Shown: positions 25,612 through 38,706 of the stretch, in pieces
Position numbering within the stretch: the first letter of the stretch is position 1
How the letters are laid out: each line of letters begins with the position of its first letter
NCBI GenBank assembly: GCA_963827815.1
Contig: CAWHCL010000003.1
Location: 20,526-84,525, forward strand
Origin: an uncultured Verrucomicrobiae bacterium
GTDB taxonomy: Bacteria; Verrucomicrobiota; Verrucomicrobiia; Limisphaerales; UBA11358
Length of the DNA stretch: 64,000 nt
Reading direction: 5' to 3'
Made by a program: the position numbers and the translations under genes
The notes under the pieces: model-generated
What the model was told of the DNA's origin: nothing
Seen by the model: only the letters and a program-made list of their open reading frames with translations
Database searches by the model: none

Positions 25612-28600
25612 TTACGCCGCCACCGGCTCTGGAGTTTGTGGCGAAACCGGCTGTTCGGATTCTTTGTGGAATTTCACGCTGACGATCTTGCTCACGCCGT
25701 GTTCCTGCATCGTCACGCCGTAAAGAATGTCCGCCATCCCGATGGTCCGCTTGTTGTGCGTAATGATGACGAATTGCGAACGTCCCAGAAACCGCTGCAA
25801 AATTTTCACAAAGCGGACGACGTTCGCCTCGTCCAACGGCGCGTCCAATTCATCCAGCACGCAGAACGGGCTCGGCTTGACCTGATAAATCGAGAACAAC
25901 AGCGCCACCGCCGTCATCGTCTGCTCGCCGCCGGACAGCAGTGAAATGCTTTGCAATTGCTTGCCCGGCGGGCGCGCCACGATATCAATGCCGCTTTCCA
26001 GCACGTCGTTTTCGTCCACGAGAATCAGGTCCGCCTTGCCGCCGCCGAAGACCTCGACGAACAGGCTGCGGAAATTGTCGCGGATTTTCTCGAACGTCTC
26101 GAGGAACATCTGCCGCGTCTGGACGTTGATGCGGTTGATAATTTCCAGCAACTGCGCCTTGGCGGAAACCAGGTCGTCGTGCTGCTTGGTCAAAAATTGG
26201 TGCCGCTGCTCGGTCTCCTCGTATTCCTCAATCGCCACCAGATTGACCGGCCCTATTTCATCGAGCCGTTTCTGCAACGTCTCAACCTGCTGCGTCACGG
26301 CATTCCAGTCCGTCGCCGCGCCACTCGCCGCCATTTCCTCCGGCGTGAGCGTCTGCACTTTGGCCGGGCCTTCATCGGCGTAAGTGATGGTGATGCACTC
26401 GCTGCGAACGTCGTCGAGGTTGACGTGATATTTCTGCTGGATGTGCTCGCGCAGGTTTTGAACCGACATGTCCTTCTGCGCCAGTTCCACGTCCAACGCG
26501 CCGCGCTGGTTCTGCAAGTCCGGTCAGACGGTTCCGCTGGGTGCGCAAATTTTCATCGCGCGATGAAATGTCCGCTTCCTGCGAATTTTTCCGGCCAGCC
26601 AGTTCGGCAGTCTGCGCGCCGACCTGTTCGCGGTCGTGCTGCAATTTTTCAATCTGGGAGCGCGAATCCTGAATTTCGGATTCCGCCTGTTCCTTGCGAC
26701 CGACAAACGAGGAAACTTCGCCGCGCCGCTGCTCCAACGCCTGCGTCAGCTCCCGGATGCGCTGCTCCAACGCCTGTTGCTGCTGGCGGAACGACGCCGA
26801 AAGCTGTTCTTCCGCCGCAAGCCCGATCTTGCTCTCGGTGAGCGCGGTGTTGGCGCCGTCGCGCTGCTGCCGGAGATTTTCCAGTTCCGTGGCGAGCGCG
26901 GCGACTTTTTCCTGGCCGGCGCGTTCACGGGCTTCGAGTTCGTTCAATTGCGCCGTCAGCGCGCCGCGTTTCTGCGAACCTTCCTGTTCCTGCGCGGCGA
27001 GGCTCTGGACTTCAAAAACCACCGTCTCGATTTTCTGGTGCAGCAGCCGGTTGGAATTTTGCAGCGCGTTGAACTCGCCTTCGCGCGTGGCGATGGCGAC
27101 TTCCTGCTCGCGCAATTCCGTCTGCGCCTGCTGCAGGCTAGCCTGCAATTCGGTCTGCTCGCCCAGCAGCGCCCCGCGTTTGCGGCTCATCTCGGCCACG
27201 CGGTTCTGGACTTCCGTCAATTCATTTTGCAGATCGGTGATCTGGTTCTTGCGGCCGAGAATGGAGCCCGGCGCCTTGGGATTGCCGTGGCCGTTCAAAT
27301 AGCCGCCGGTGTAAATGCCGTGACGGCTCAACAAATCGCCTTTCAACGTGACGAAATCGCAGCCTGCGTGGCCGTTCTGGATTTGCGCCGTCGCCGCCGG
27401 CAAATCCGCCGCGATGAACGTGCGGCCGAGCAGCGACTTCAAAAGTTTATCCACCGACGGATCTGCCTGGACAACGCTCAACGCATGGACAATCTGGCCG
27501 CCGTCCAGAGTGTGTTGCGCCGCCGCGCCGGTGTTTCCCGGCGACATGTCGCCATCGAACGCAAGCTGGTTCTCGTCCGTGTGCTGGATCGCCAAAGCCG
27601 CGACGCTCGCGCGGCCGGTTTTGTTCGTGCTCAAGTCGGCAAGGATTTCCTGCGCCGATTCCGGCTGTTCCGTCAAAACGAGCTGCAAGTTGATGGCCCA
27701 GCGCATTTTCAATTGCCACCACAAATTGCTCCGGCACACGGATGCGGTCGGCCAGCGAGCCGATGACTGAGCGCGACTGGCGCAACGCCGCAACCGCGCC
27801 CGCATCGAAACCTTCGCGCGAGCCTTCGAGCTGCTCCAGCACGCCAAGGCGCGAACGTTTCTCGGCCTGCGTTTGCAAAAACTGGTCCTGCTCGGCGGAG
27901 GATTGATGCAACTCATCCTGGATTTCGCGCAGCCGGTTCTGCCGCTGCTCGACCGAACCGCGCTTGGTCTGCGACGTTCAGCTTTTCCACCTCGACACTC
28001 GCGGTGAATTCCTGCAACCGCGATTCCAAACCGGTGCGCTCGACTTCCAGTTGGATTTTTTCGGCGGAAAGTTTTTCAAGGCGGATGCTGTTGCCCTGTT
28101 TCTGCAAATCGAGCGCGGTGATTTCGTTGCGGATGCGCGTCAAATCCTGCGCTGCGGCGAACGCGGCCGCCTGCGCCTCGCGCAACGATTCCTGCCGATC
28201 CTTCAAATCCTCCTCAACCTTGCCCAGCGTCAACTGCTTGGTCTCCAGCGCAAGGCGATGTTGCGCCAGCGCGGCCTCGGAAGCGGACAACTTTTCCGCC
28301 ACGGCCCCCAATTCCTCCTGCGCGGCACGGCAGCGTTCCTCGGCCTGCGTGATGTCCGCAAGCGCCTTGGCGTTCTGCGCCGCCAGCTCGCGCAATCGTT
28401 CTTCGTTGAATTGAATCCGGCTTTCGTGCCGGTCCGTTTCGCCTTTCAATTCCAATCCGCGCTGCTGCATTGCGGCGATTTCGTGCTCCAGTTCGGAAAG
28501 CCGTTCGCGCAATTGCGCGATTTCGTTTTCAAATCGCAGCACGTCGGCGGAACCCTGTTCGATTTCGTTCCGCAGTTTTTCGACGGCGGCCTGCTTTTCG

Positions 28601-29344
28601 GAAATTTCCGCCTGCAACACGTCGAACTGATGCCGCGCGAGCTGCGTGTCGAGGTGCTGGAGTTCCGGCTGAAATTTGTTTGTAGCGGCGCGCCTTGCCC
28701 GCCTGGCGCTGGAGCGACCCGATCTGCCGCTTCACTTCGCGGATGAGATCGGCCACGCGCAAAAGATTTTGCTCGGTGTATTCCAGCTTGCGAAGCGATT
28801 CCCGTTTTTGCGATTTGAACTTGGTGATGCCGGCGGCTTCCTCGAAAATCATCCGGCGGTCTTCCGGCTTGCTGGAAAGAATCTGCGTGATGTGGCCCTG
28901 CGCGAGGATGCTGTAGCTCGTCCGCCCGATGCCCGTGCCCATGAAGAGCTGCTGGATGTCCTTGAGCCGGCACGGAGTGCGGTTCAGAAAATATTCGCTG
29001 TTGCCGTCGCGGAAAATCCGGCGCGTGAGCGTGACCTCGTCGTAAGTGACCTCGACGCCCGCCGCGCGCAAATTTTCCCCGTCCACGTCGCCGAGCGTGA
29101 GCGACACTTCGCCCATGCCCATCGGCTTGCGGCCGTCCGTGCCGTTGAAAATCACGTCGGCCATTTCGCCGCCGCGCAGCGCCTTGGCCGACTGCTCGCC
29201 GAGCACCCAGCGGATGGCATCGGAGACATTGGATTTGCCGCAGCCGTTCGGCCCGACAATGGCAGTGACACCGGGCTGAAAATTCAGCGCGGTTTTGTCC
29301 GCGAAGGACTTGAACCCGAACAGGGTTAAATTCTTTAGATACAT
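25612..29344 (-). CDS. smc: chromosome segregation ATPase SMC, broken into four ORFs by at least four 1-nt frame breaks (near 28675, 27970, 27695 and 26520)
   Basis: Walker [10 protein letters not shown] at the N-terminus, long coiled coils, a hinge, and C-terminal [17 protein letters not shown]...[10 protein letters not shown]. Fragments are 28529-29344, 27913-28620, 26372-27916 and 25612-26517. Confidence 0.9.
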
Positions 29345-29611
29345 GACCTAGCTTTCGGTTAAATAATCAAAATCGCCGGTTAAAGTCCAGCAAAAAACCA
29401 CAATATAAAGCACACAACCACCCTTGCGGCACAACTAATTGGTGAGGAACCGTGATTGGCGTTGTGCCGCTAACTACCCTATTTATCCATCAATTCAGCA
29501 ATATTTATACGCCTGCGGCAGGCATTCCGTCAACTGGTTTTTGAATCCAAAAAATTCCAGTTGACACTTTGACGATTTGATATCACTTTATCCGCATCCG
29601 TTGATTTGACG

Positions 29612-29730
29612 GACTCATGACGAGTGGTCGAGGGACTGGCCCGATGACACCACGGCAACCGATTGAACTTGTTTTCAATGTCAGGTGCCAATTCCAGCTC
29701 AAGCATCATTAGCTTGGGAAAAATGAGAAG
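29612..29730 (+). promoter_or_regulatory. SAM-I (S-box) riboswitch
   Basis: CTCATGACGAGTGGTCGAGGGACTGGCCCGATGACACCACGGCAACC ... AGGTGCCAATTCCAGC ... GAAAAATGAG matches the conserved S-box core and closes the P1 helix. Confidence 0.85.
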
Positions 29731-29750
29731 AGATGCACAACCGTTTTGTC

Positions 29751-29782
29751 GCCCCTTCTCGTCACGAGTCGGGGCTTTTTTG
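29751..29782 (+). terminator. riboswitch expression-platform terminator
   Basis: GCCCCTTCTCGTCACGAGTCGGGGC followed by TTTTTT. Confidence 0.6.
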
Positions 29783-29904
29783 TTGCCCTGAAACAAAGCT
29801 GGACAGGCGTGTCGGCAGACTGCCGACGGCAAAAGCCAGTGGCAGGAAACCGCTTAAGCGGAAAAATGGCCGGCGAGACGCCTGCCCTACAGTGGAAATA
29901 ATTT

Positions 29905-31160
29905 ATGAGTGAACAACACGGTTTCATGAAGGCGCTCAAGTGCCGCGAATGCGGACGCGAATATCCGCTCACGGCCACGCACGTCTGCGAATTCGACTTC
30001 GGCCCGCTCGAAGTCGCCTACGACTACGACCGCATCAAAAAGTCGCTGACGAAGGCGGCCATCGAGTCGCGCCCGAAAACGATGTGGCGTTACCGCGAGC
30101 TGCTGCCCGTCGCGACCGAGCCGACCGTCGGCCAACAGGTCGGCTTCACGCCGCTCGTCAAGGCCGACCGGCTCGCGAAGGCGCTCGGCATCCGCGAACT
30201 TTACGTCAAGAACGACGCCGTGAATTATCCGACGCTCTCGTTCAAGGACCGCGTCGTCAGCGTCGCCTTGAGCCGCTCGAAGGAACTCGGCTTTGACACC
30301 GTCGCGTGCGCCTCCACCGGCAATCTGGCGAACTCCGTCGCCGCCCAGGCCGCGAGCGCCGGATTGAAATCCTACGTTTTCATTCCGTCGGATTTGGAGC
30401 AGGGAAAAATTTTGAACTCGCTCATCTACGGCGCGAACGTCATCGGCATCAAAGGCCATTACGACGAGGTGAACCGCCTTTGCGCCGAGATCGCCGGCAA
30501 ATTCGGCTGGGCGTTCGTGAACGTCAATATGCGCCCCTACTACGCCGAAGGCTCGAAGAGCATGGCGTATGAAATCGCCGAGCAACTCGGCTGGCGCGCG
30601 CCGCAGCACACCGTCATCCCGATGGCGTCCGGCTCGCTGCTCACGAAAATTTACAAGGGCTATCAGGAATTTGCGAAGGTCGGCCTCATCACCGACAGCA
30701 AGCCGGTGATTCACGGCGCGCAGGCGACGGGCTGTTCGCCGATTTCCGTCGCGCAAAAGGCCGGACTCGATTTCTTCAAGCCGGTCAAGCCCGACACGAT
30801 TGCGAAGTCGCTCGCCATCGGCACGCCGGCGGACGGTTTTTACGCGCTCAAAGTGATGCGCGACACCGGCGGCGCGGCCGAGGACGTGACCGACGACGAA
30901 ATCCGCGACGCGATCAAGCTGCTGGCCGAGACGGAAGGCATTTTTGCCGAGACCGCCGGCGGCGTGACCGTGGGCGTGGCGAAGAAACTCATTGCGTGCG
31001 GCAAGATTCCGAAGGATTCTTCCGCCGTCATCTGCGTCACCGGCAACGGATTGAAAACCCTCGATGCCGTGCAACGGCTACTGCGGCAAACCGCGCGAAA
31101 TCAAGCCGAGCCTGCGCGAGTTCGAGGCGCTGCTGGCGCATGAAGAAAAAGTGAATGCGT
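29905..31160 (+). CDS. threonine-synthase-family PLP enzyme (thrC-like, likely sulfur-carrier-dependent homocysteine/cysteine synthase); 1-nt frame break near 31075
   Basis: N-terminal Zn-ribbon-like CRECG, the PLP lysine motif LSFKDR, and the family fold throughout. The true C-terminus ...KPSLREFEALLAHEEKVNA* is read in the shifted frame. Confidence 0.85.
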
Positions 31161-31164
31161 AAAA
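31129..31164 (+). repeat. 36-nt direct repeat, copy 1 (the native 3' end of the thrC-like gene)
   Basis: GCTGCTGGCGCATGAAGAAAAAGTGAATGCGTAAAA matches 31624-31659 at 32 of 36 positions. Confidence 0.8.
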
Positions 31165-31179
31165 GCGTGTGTCTAAATT

Positions 31180-31437
31180 GTGGCAAATCAACGCTATCGC
31201 ATCGAATACACGGCAGACGCATTGGAAGATTTGCGCTCGCTTCCGAGACGTGAAGCTGACCAAATTCTCCGCAAAGTTCTGCGGCTTGAAAGCGGATTGC
31301 ACGGCAACATCAAGCGGCTGCAAAACGCCGATGTTGGTTTTCGGTTGCGCATGGGCGATTATCGGGTTTTATTTGATATGATTGGCGATAAGATTTTGGT
31401 TCAAAAAGTCGGCAATCGAAAAGATGTTTATGAGTAA
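31180..31437 (+). CDS. RelE/ParE-family type II toxin
   Basis: 85 aa, GTG start. YRIEYTADALEDLRSLPRREADQILRKV...RLRMGDYRVLFDMIGDKILVQKVGNRKDVYE. Confidence 0.8.
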   Translation: MANQRYRIEYTADALEDLRSLPRREADQILRKVLRLESGLHGNIKRLQNADVGFRLRMGDYRVLFDMIGDKILVQKVGNRKDVYE

Positions 31438-31621
31438 CGCCATTGCAGAAAAACCGACCGCGAAAATTCAGCGGAAGAATGTCATCAACCAAATCTCCTC
31501 ATTGCGCGAGCAAATGAGCGATTTGAATGATTATCTTGACCTGCTGGAAGCCCGCGCCCGCAACAAGGGTAAACGAACGTTCACGACGGACGAAGTGCGC
31601 AAACAGCTTGGCCTCGCTTAA
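31424..31621 (+). CDS. putative cognate antitoxin located downstream of the toxin
   Basis: Overlaps the toxin stop. Small, acidic, helical protein (start at 31424 or 31430). Confidence 0.5.
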   Translation: MFMSNAIAEKPTAKIQRKNVINQISSLREQMSDLNDYLDLLEARARNKGKRTFTTDEVRKQLGLA

Positions 31622-31623
31622 AT

Positions 31624-31659
31624 GCTGCTGGCGCATCAAGAAAAAGTGAATAGTTAAAA
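31624..31659 (+). repeat. 36-nt direct repeat, copy 2 (orphan copy of the thrC-like 3' end)
   Basis: Encodes LLAHQEKVNS* and lies directly upstream of the MoaD-like gene. Confidence 0.8.
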
Positions 31660-31663
31660 ATTT

Positions 31664-31939
31664 ATGCCAAAGAAAGTCCGAATCCCCACTCCGCTCCGCA
31701 AGTTGACCAACAACGAGGAGCTGGTCGAAATCAACGCCGCCACCATCGGCGAGGCGATCGTCGAATTGCAGACGCGTTACCCCGGCATCCAGGAGCGCCT
31801 CGTGGATGACAAGGGCGAGGTTCGCCGATTCGTCAATGTCTATGTCAACGAGGAGGACATTCGCTTCCTCAAAAACCGCGCGACACCGCTCAAGGATGGC
31901 GACGAAATCAGCATTATCCCCGCCATCGCGGGAGGCTAG
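31664..31939 (+). CDS. MoaD/ThiS-family sulfur-carrier protein ending in Gly-Gly
   Basis: 91 aa. ...DGDEISIIPAIAGG* is the beta-grasp carrier signature. Confidence 0.8.
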   Translation: MPKKVRIPTPLRKLTNNEELVEINAATIGEAIVELQTRYPGIQERLVDDKGEVRRFVNVYVNEEDIRFLKNRATPLKDGDEISIIPAIAGG

Positions 31940-32143
31940 CCCGTTTTGAAAATGACCACGCGCTTTCCCCTCACCCTAACCCTCTCCCTCGGGGAGAGGG
32001 GACAGCCGTTGTCTGTCTTCCGTAATTCAAATAGTCGTCCAGCAGAATCCAGGCACCGATTTAGCATGAGGCTTGGAACGATTCTCTATCTCCTCACGGA
32101 AGAGGGCCGGGGTGAGGAGCGTTAATTAAAATCATTTAAATTT

Positions 32144-32425
32144 ATGTCTAAGAAAAAAGCTTCCGCGACGAAATCCAATTCGCCCACACAGCAACGGCTT
32201 TGGCTGATGTATCCGCCCAAGCTCATCAAGAAGCCGTTCATTTGGGAAGTCGCCAAAAAATTCAAGGTTGTCACAAATATCCGCCAGGCCAGCGTGACCG
32301 ACGAAATCGGCATTGTCTGCCTCGAGCTGGACGGAAAGCGTGATGAAGTGAAGGCGGCCATCAAATGGCTGGAGAAACAAGGCGTGAACGTGGAACCGGT
32401 GGAAATAGGCGTGATAGCCGGTTAA
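32144..32425 (+). CDS. NIL-domain protein
   Basis: LWLMYPPKLIKKPFIWEVAKKFKVVTNIRQASVTDEIGIVCLELDG resembles the MetN C-terminal NIL domain. Confidence 0.6.
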   Translation: MSKKKASATKSNSPTQQRLWLMYPPKLIKKPFIWEVAKKFKVVTNIRQASVTDEIGIVCLELDGKRDEVKAAIKWLEKQGVNVEPVEIGVIAG

Positions 32426-32446
32426 TTTTTCAAAAAAAATAGAATT

Positions 32447-32477
32447 GGCGCGGGAGACTCCCGCGCCATTTTTGTTT
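32447..32477 (+). terminator. intrinsic terminator
   Basis: GGCGCGGGA-GAC-TCCCGCGCC followed by ATTTTTGTTT. Confidence 0.7.
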
Positions 32478-32561
32478 GAAGTTGCTGGACAGAAACTGAA
32501 GAGAGGCATAGGGTCGCCCAAGTCACACGAACAGATGAATTGAGTTTCTGACTCAGAAGTT

Positions 32562-33218
32562 ATGATGCCAATCAAAATTGAGTGTGGATGCGGCCAACAT
32601 TATGCCTTTGATGTTGAGCCGATAAACGGGCGCATGCCTTCAACGATCGCCTGCCCGACCTGCGGCGCGGACGGCACGACCACCGCCGATGACCAAATCG
32701 CCCGGCAAATGGCGGAGCAACCTGTTGCCACGACTGCCGCATCAAGCCCCACACCTGTGCGCATCGTGGCACCTCAAAATCCAATTCGTCTGGCAACTGC
32801 TGCGATAAATGCCCCGACTCCCACGAGACGCAACTTGCTCCCCGGACAAGTGGATAGAACGCAGGCGGAACATGAGGCGCGGGCAAAGGCGATGTGGGGC
32901 GATTCGCAGGATGCGGTCACGAAGTATTTGATGATACAAGGATTCAGCCATCAGGAGGCTTTGAGCCTGGTGCAATCGATTTTTCGGGAAAGAGCGGCTG
33001 CAGTCAGGGCTAATGGAATCAGGAAAATTTTCACCGGCTCGGGAATGATATGCGTTCCCATCATTGCCCTTATCGTTTTCCTGTCAATCGGCGTCATTCC
33101 GCTAAAAATATTCGCGATAACCGTTATGATTGGACTCTATGGCGTCTGGCTTGTCATCAACGGCATACTGATGGCTGTGGCTCCGAAATCGGAACAAGGG
33201 GACGTTGCCGATCAATAG
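32562..33218 (+). CDS. hypothetical protein with N-terminal zinc ribbon and C-terminal TM helices
   Basis: CGCGQHY...CPTCG, then two hydrophobic helices. Confidence 0.55.
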   Translation: MMPIKIECGCGQHYAFDVEPINGRMPSTIACPTCGADGTTTADDQIARQMAEQPVATTAASSPTPVRIVAPQNPIRLATAAINAPTPTRRNLLPGQVDRTQAEHEARAKAMWGDSQDAVTKYLMIQGFSHQEALSLVQSIFRERAAAVRANGIRKIFTGSGMICVPIIALIVFLSIGVIPLKIFAITVMIGLYGVWLVINGILMAVAPKSEQGDVADQ

Positions 33219-33242
33219 AAAAAAACAGAAGAGCCAGGACGC

Positions 33243-33650
33243 TTATTTTTTGCGGCGCTGCTTCACTCTGAGCTGGGTCGTGGCATGGGCGAGCGCTGCT
33301 TGAATATGCGCAGATTCTTCGTCTGTGACTTTTTGCGAAAGACGAGCCTCGGCCAGTTGCCGCGCTTGCTCGGCCTTGGCCTCGTCAATGTTGTCGGCTT
33401 CAATCGCCATGTCGGTGAGGATGGCGACACGATCGCCGGTGACCTGCACAAAACCGTCGCCCACGGCGAGGAAAATCGTTTCGCCACCCTTTTGCGCGAT
33501 GATTTCGCCCGCGACAAGCTGCGTCATCAACGGCATGTGCTGCGGCAGGATGCCCATCTCGCCATCCGAGCCGGTGAGCGTGACCATGTCCACATCGTCG
33601 GAGAAAATCTTCGCCTCCGGCGTGACGATTTCAAGTTTGATAGTTGCCAT
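33243..33650 (-). CDS. atpC: F1 ATP synthase epsilon subunit
   Basis: MATIKLEIVTPEAKIFSDDVDMVTLTGSDGEMGILPQHMPLMT. Confidence 0.9.
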   Translation of the reverse strand: MATIKLEIVTPEAKIFSDDVDMVTLTGSDGEMGILPQHMPLMTQLVAGEIIAQKGGETIFLAVGDGFVQVTGDRVAILTDMAIEADNIDEAKAEQARQLAEARLSQKVTDEESAHIQAALAHATTQLRVKQRRKK

Positions 33651-33716
33651 TTTTATCGGGAGGGTTGCCGTGTGGCGACCCATTATCCAGGGACGGCGAC
33701 CGGCCGTCCTTCCCTG

Positions 33717-36070
<2,354 letters not shown>

Positions 36071-36082
36071 GAAAATTATTTC

Positions 36083-36648
36083 CTACAACGTCTCCTGACG
36101 CGATACGGCGGCGCCAGTCTCGCGCATGAAACCAATCTGCCTGCCGGTCTTCCGGCAACGGCGGTTCGACCAGTTGCCTGATCGCTTCAAATAAATTTTG
36201 CAATCGCCGTCGTCGTGCCCGCCAACGCGCTGCTCCAAATTCGCTCAGTTTTCTGCGCCAATTCCTTGTTCGCGGCCAATTGTTCGCGCATCAACACGAA
36301 CGCGCGCACCACCCGAACACTCGCTTCGACTGCAACCGGACTGTTCAAAACCGTCGCCAGCATCAACGCGCCGTGCTCCGTGAATACAACCGGTGAACGA
36401 CGCAGGTTCCGTTTTGATGAGGTCACAATTTGTGACCTCATATCCGCAACTTCTTGATTGGTAAGCTCAAACGCAAAGTCATTTGGAAATCTTTCCCGGT
36501 TGCGTTTGAATTGTTGATTCAATTGCCTGGTCTCAACCCTGTAAATTGTTGCCAAGTCCGAATCCAGCATCACACGCAAGCCGCGAACAGTCAGAATCAA
36601 TGATTCGATCCTGACCATCTCTTTGACTTGATATTTTGCCATATGCAC
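36083..36648 (-). CDS. ORF6N/KilA-N-type DNA-binding protein inserted in the atp operon; 3' part has at least two frame breaks
   Basis: ILTVRGLRVMLDSDLATIYRVETRQLNQQFKRNRERFPNDFAFELT...TSSKRNLRRSPVVFTEHGALMLATVL. C-terminal pieces FEAIRQLVEPP and RQIGF are found in other frames. Confidence 0.7.
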
Positions 36649-36666
36649 CTGGTTTTAGTTCATTTC

Positions 36667-36699
36667 AAACTTGAGGTCGCAAATTGCGGCCTCAAGTTT
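36667..36699. repeat. 33-nt near-perfect palindrome AAACTTGAGGTCGCAAATTGCGGCCTCAAGTTT between atpA and the ORF6N gene
   Basis: Read directly from the sequence. Confidence 0.7.
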
Positions 36700-36706
36700 G
36701 CAAGTT

Positions 36707-38239
36707 CTAGTGATACGTCGGCTTGAATTCCGTCACCGCCGCCTTCAACTCCGCCGCCAGCGCGTCGCTGATGGCCTTTTCGTTGCGAACTTTCGCCAGC
36801 AAATCCGCTTTGCGCGTGGCGAAGAAATCCGCGAGCTTGGCCTGGAAATCCTTGATTTTTTCCACCGGCACGTCGTCCATGAAATTGTTTTGCGCCGCCC
36901 ACAAAATGACGATCTGCACCTCGAGCGGCGTCGGATTGTATTGGTTCTGCTTGAACAATTCGACGATGCGCTTGCCGCGTTCGAGCAGCGCCTGCGTCTT
37001 GGCATCGAGGTCGGAACCGAACTGCGCGAACGCCGCCAGTTCGCGGAATTGCGCGAGGTCGCCCTTGATGCGACCGGCGACCTGCTTCATCGCCTTGACC
37101 TGCGCCGCCGAGCCGACGCGCGACACGGACAGACCGACGGAAATCGCCGGGCGCACGCCCTGATAAAACAAATCCGTTTCCAGATAAATCTGGCCGTCGG
37201 TGATCGAAATCACGTTCGTCGGGATGTAAGCCGAAACGTCGCCGGCCTGCGTCTCGATGATGGGCAGCGCGGTGAGCGAGCCGTTGCCGTATTTTTCACC
37301 GACACGCGCGCTGCGTTCGAGCAAGCGGCTGTGCAGGTAAAACACGTCACCCGGATAGGCTTCGCGGCCCGACGGACGTTTCAAGATGAGCGACACCTGG
37401 CGATAGGCCACCGCGTGCTTGGACAAATCGTCGTAAATGATGAGCGCGTCCATGCCGTTGTCCATGAACCATTCGCCGATCGCCGCGCCCGCGAACGGCG
37501 CGAGATACTGGTTCGTGGCCGAGTCGGACGCCGAAGCCGCGACGATAATCGAGTAAGGCAGCGCGCCCGCCTCTTCCAAAACGCCGATGACACGCGCGAT
37601 GTTCGACTGCTTCTGGCCAATCGCGACGTAAATGCTGTAAATCGGGCGGAAATCCTTGTCGCCGGCATCTTCAGCCGCCTTGTTGATGCGCGCCTGATTG
37701 ATCATCGTGTCCACGCAAATGGTCGTCTTGCCGGTGGAACGGTCGCCGATGATGAGTTCGCGCTGGCCGCGGCCAATCGGAATCATCGCGTCAATCGCCA
37801 TGATGCCGGTCTGCACCGGCTGGCTGACCGAACGGCGCTTGATGATGCCCGGCGCGATTTTTTCCACCGGATAAAACGCGGTTTCCTTGATCGGCCCCTT
37901 GCCGTCGAGCGGCTGGCCGAGCACGTTGACGACGCGGCCCAGCAACCCTTTGCCGACCGGCACCTGCAACAGCCTGCCCGTCGTGCGGACTTCGTCGCCT
38001 TCCTTGATTTCGGTGTAATCGCCGAGAATGATGGCGCCGACTTCGGTTTCTTCGAGGTTGAGCGCGATGCCGGTGATGCCGTGGCCGAAATCCAGCATCT
38101 CGTTGAGCATGGCGTCGGTGAGGCCCTCGATTTTGGCCACGCCGTCGCCGATTTCGCGGACGGTGCCGACATTTTGCTTGGCCGTCGCGAGCTTCGCGCC
38201 GCTGATTTGCGCTTCAATTTCCTGCAACAAGTTACTCAT
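36707..38239 (-). CDS. atpA: F1 ATP synthase alpha subunit
   Basis: GDRSTGKT Walker A. Intact at 510 aa. Confidence 0.95.
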   Translation of the reverse strand: MSNLLQEIEAQISGAKLATAKQNVGTVREIGDGVAKIEGLTDAMLNEMLDFGHGITGIALNLEETEVGAIILGDYTEIKEGDEVRTTGRLLQVPVGKGLLGRVVNVLGQPLDGKGPIKETAFYPVEKIAPGIIKRRSVSQPVQTGIMAIDAMIPIGRGQRELIIGDRSTGKTTICVDTMINQARINKAAEDAGDKDFRPIYSIYVAIGQKQSNIARVIGVLEEAGALPYSIIVAASASDSATNQYLAPFAGAAIGEWFMDNGMDALIIYDDLSKHAVAYRQVSLILKRPSGREAYPGDVFYLHSRLLERSARVGEKYGNGSLTALPIIETQAGDVSAYIPTNVISITDGQIYLETDLFYQGVRPAISVGLSVSRVGSAAQVKAMKQVAGRIKGDLAQFRELAAFAQFGSDLDAKTQALLERGKRIVELFKQNQYNPTPLEVQIVILWAAQNNFMDDVPVEKIKDFQAKLADFFATRKADLLAKVRNEKAISDALAAELKAAVTEFKPTYH

Positions 38240-38248
38240 AAAATTTCG

Positions 38249-38642
38249 TTAAAAACTTTGTTCCAATTTTTCCAAACGCGTCTTCACGCTGCCGTCGTAA
38301 AGGTCGCTGCCGACCTGAATCCGCAACCCGCCAATCAGCGCCGGGTTCTGGCGGAACGAAATATCCACGCCGGCGCCGTAATTCTTTTTGATCCGGTTTG
38401 TCACGTCCGCCTGCAAATCGGCCGCCAACGGCGTCGCGCTTTCGACGCTGCGCGGCGTGCTGTTCCAGGTCCAGTTTCACCAGCCGGTGCAGCCGCGACA
38501 AAATCCCGACGTAGCCGCGCGGCTTTTGCGAGACGAGCAGCGACACCGCCTGCCGGACGCGGTTTTCATCCAGCAAACCGTTGGCCTGGCAACTGCGGAA
38601 CAGTTGCCGGGCGTCGCGCTGCGCTTGTTTGGAAATTTTCAT
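38249..38642 (-). CDS. atpH: ATP synthase delta (OSCP) subunit, frame break near 38460
   Basis: The N-terminal half is in the ORF track. The C-terminal ESATPLAADLQADVTNRIKKNYGAGVDISFRQNPALIGGLRIQVGSDLYDGSVKTRLEKL is read in the shifted frame. Confidence 0.8.
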
Positions 38643-38706
38643 TCCTTTTGGCAGGGATGCTGCTGACCGCCGATCCGGCTGACTCGACAGAGCCGCCCTA
38701 CCGTTT

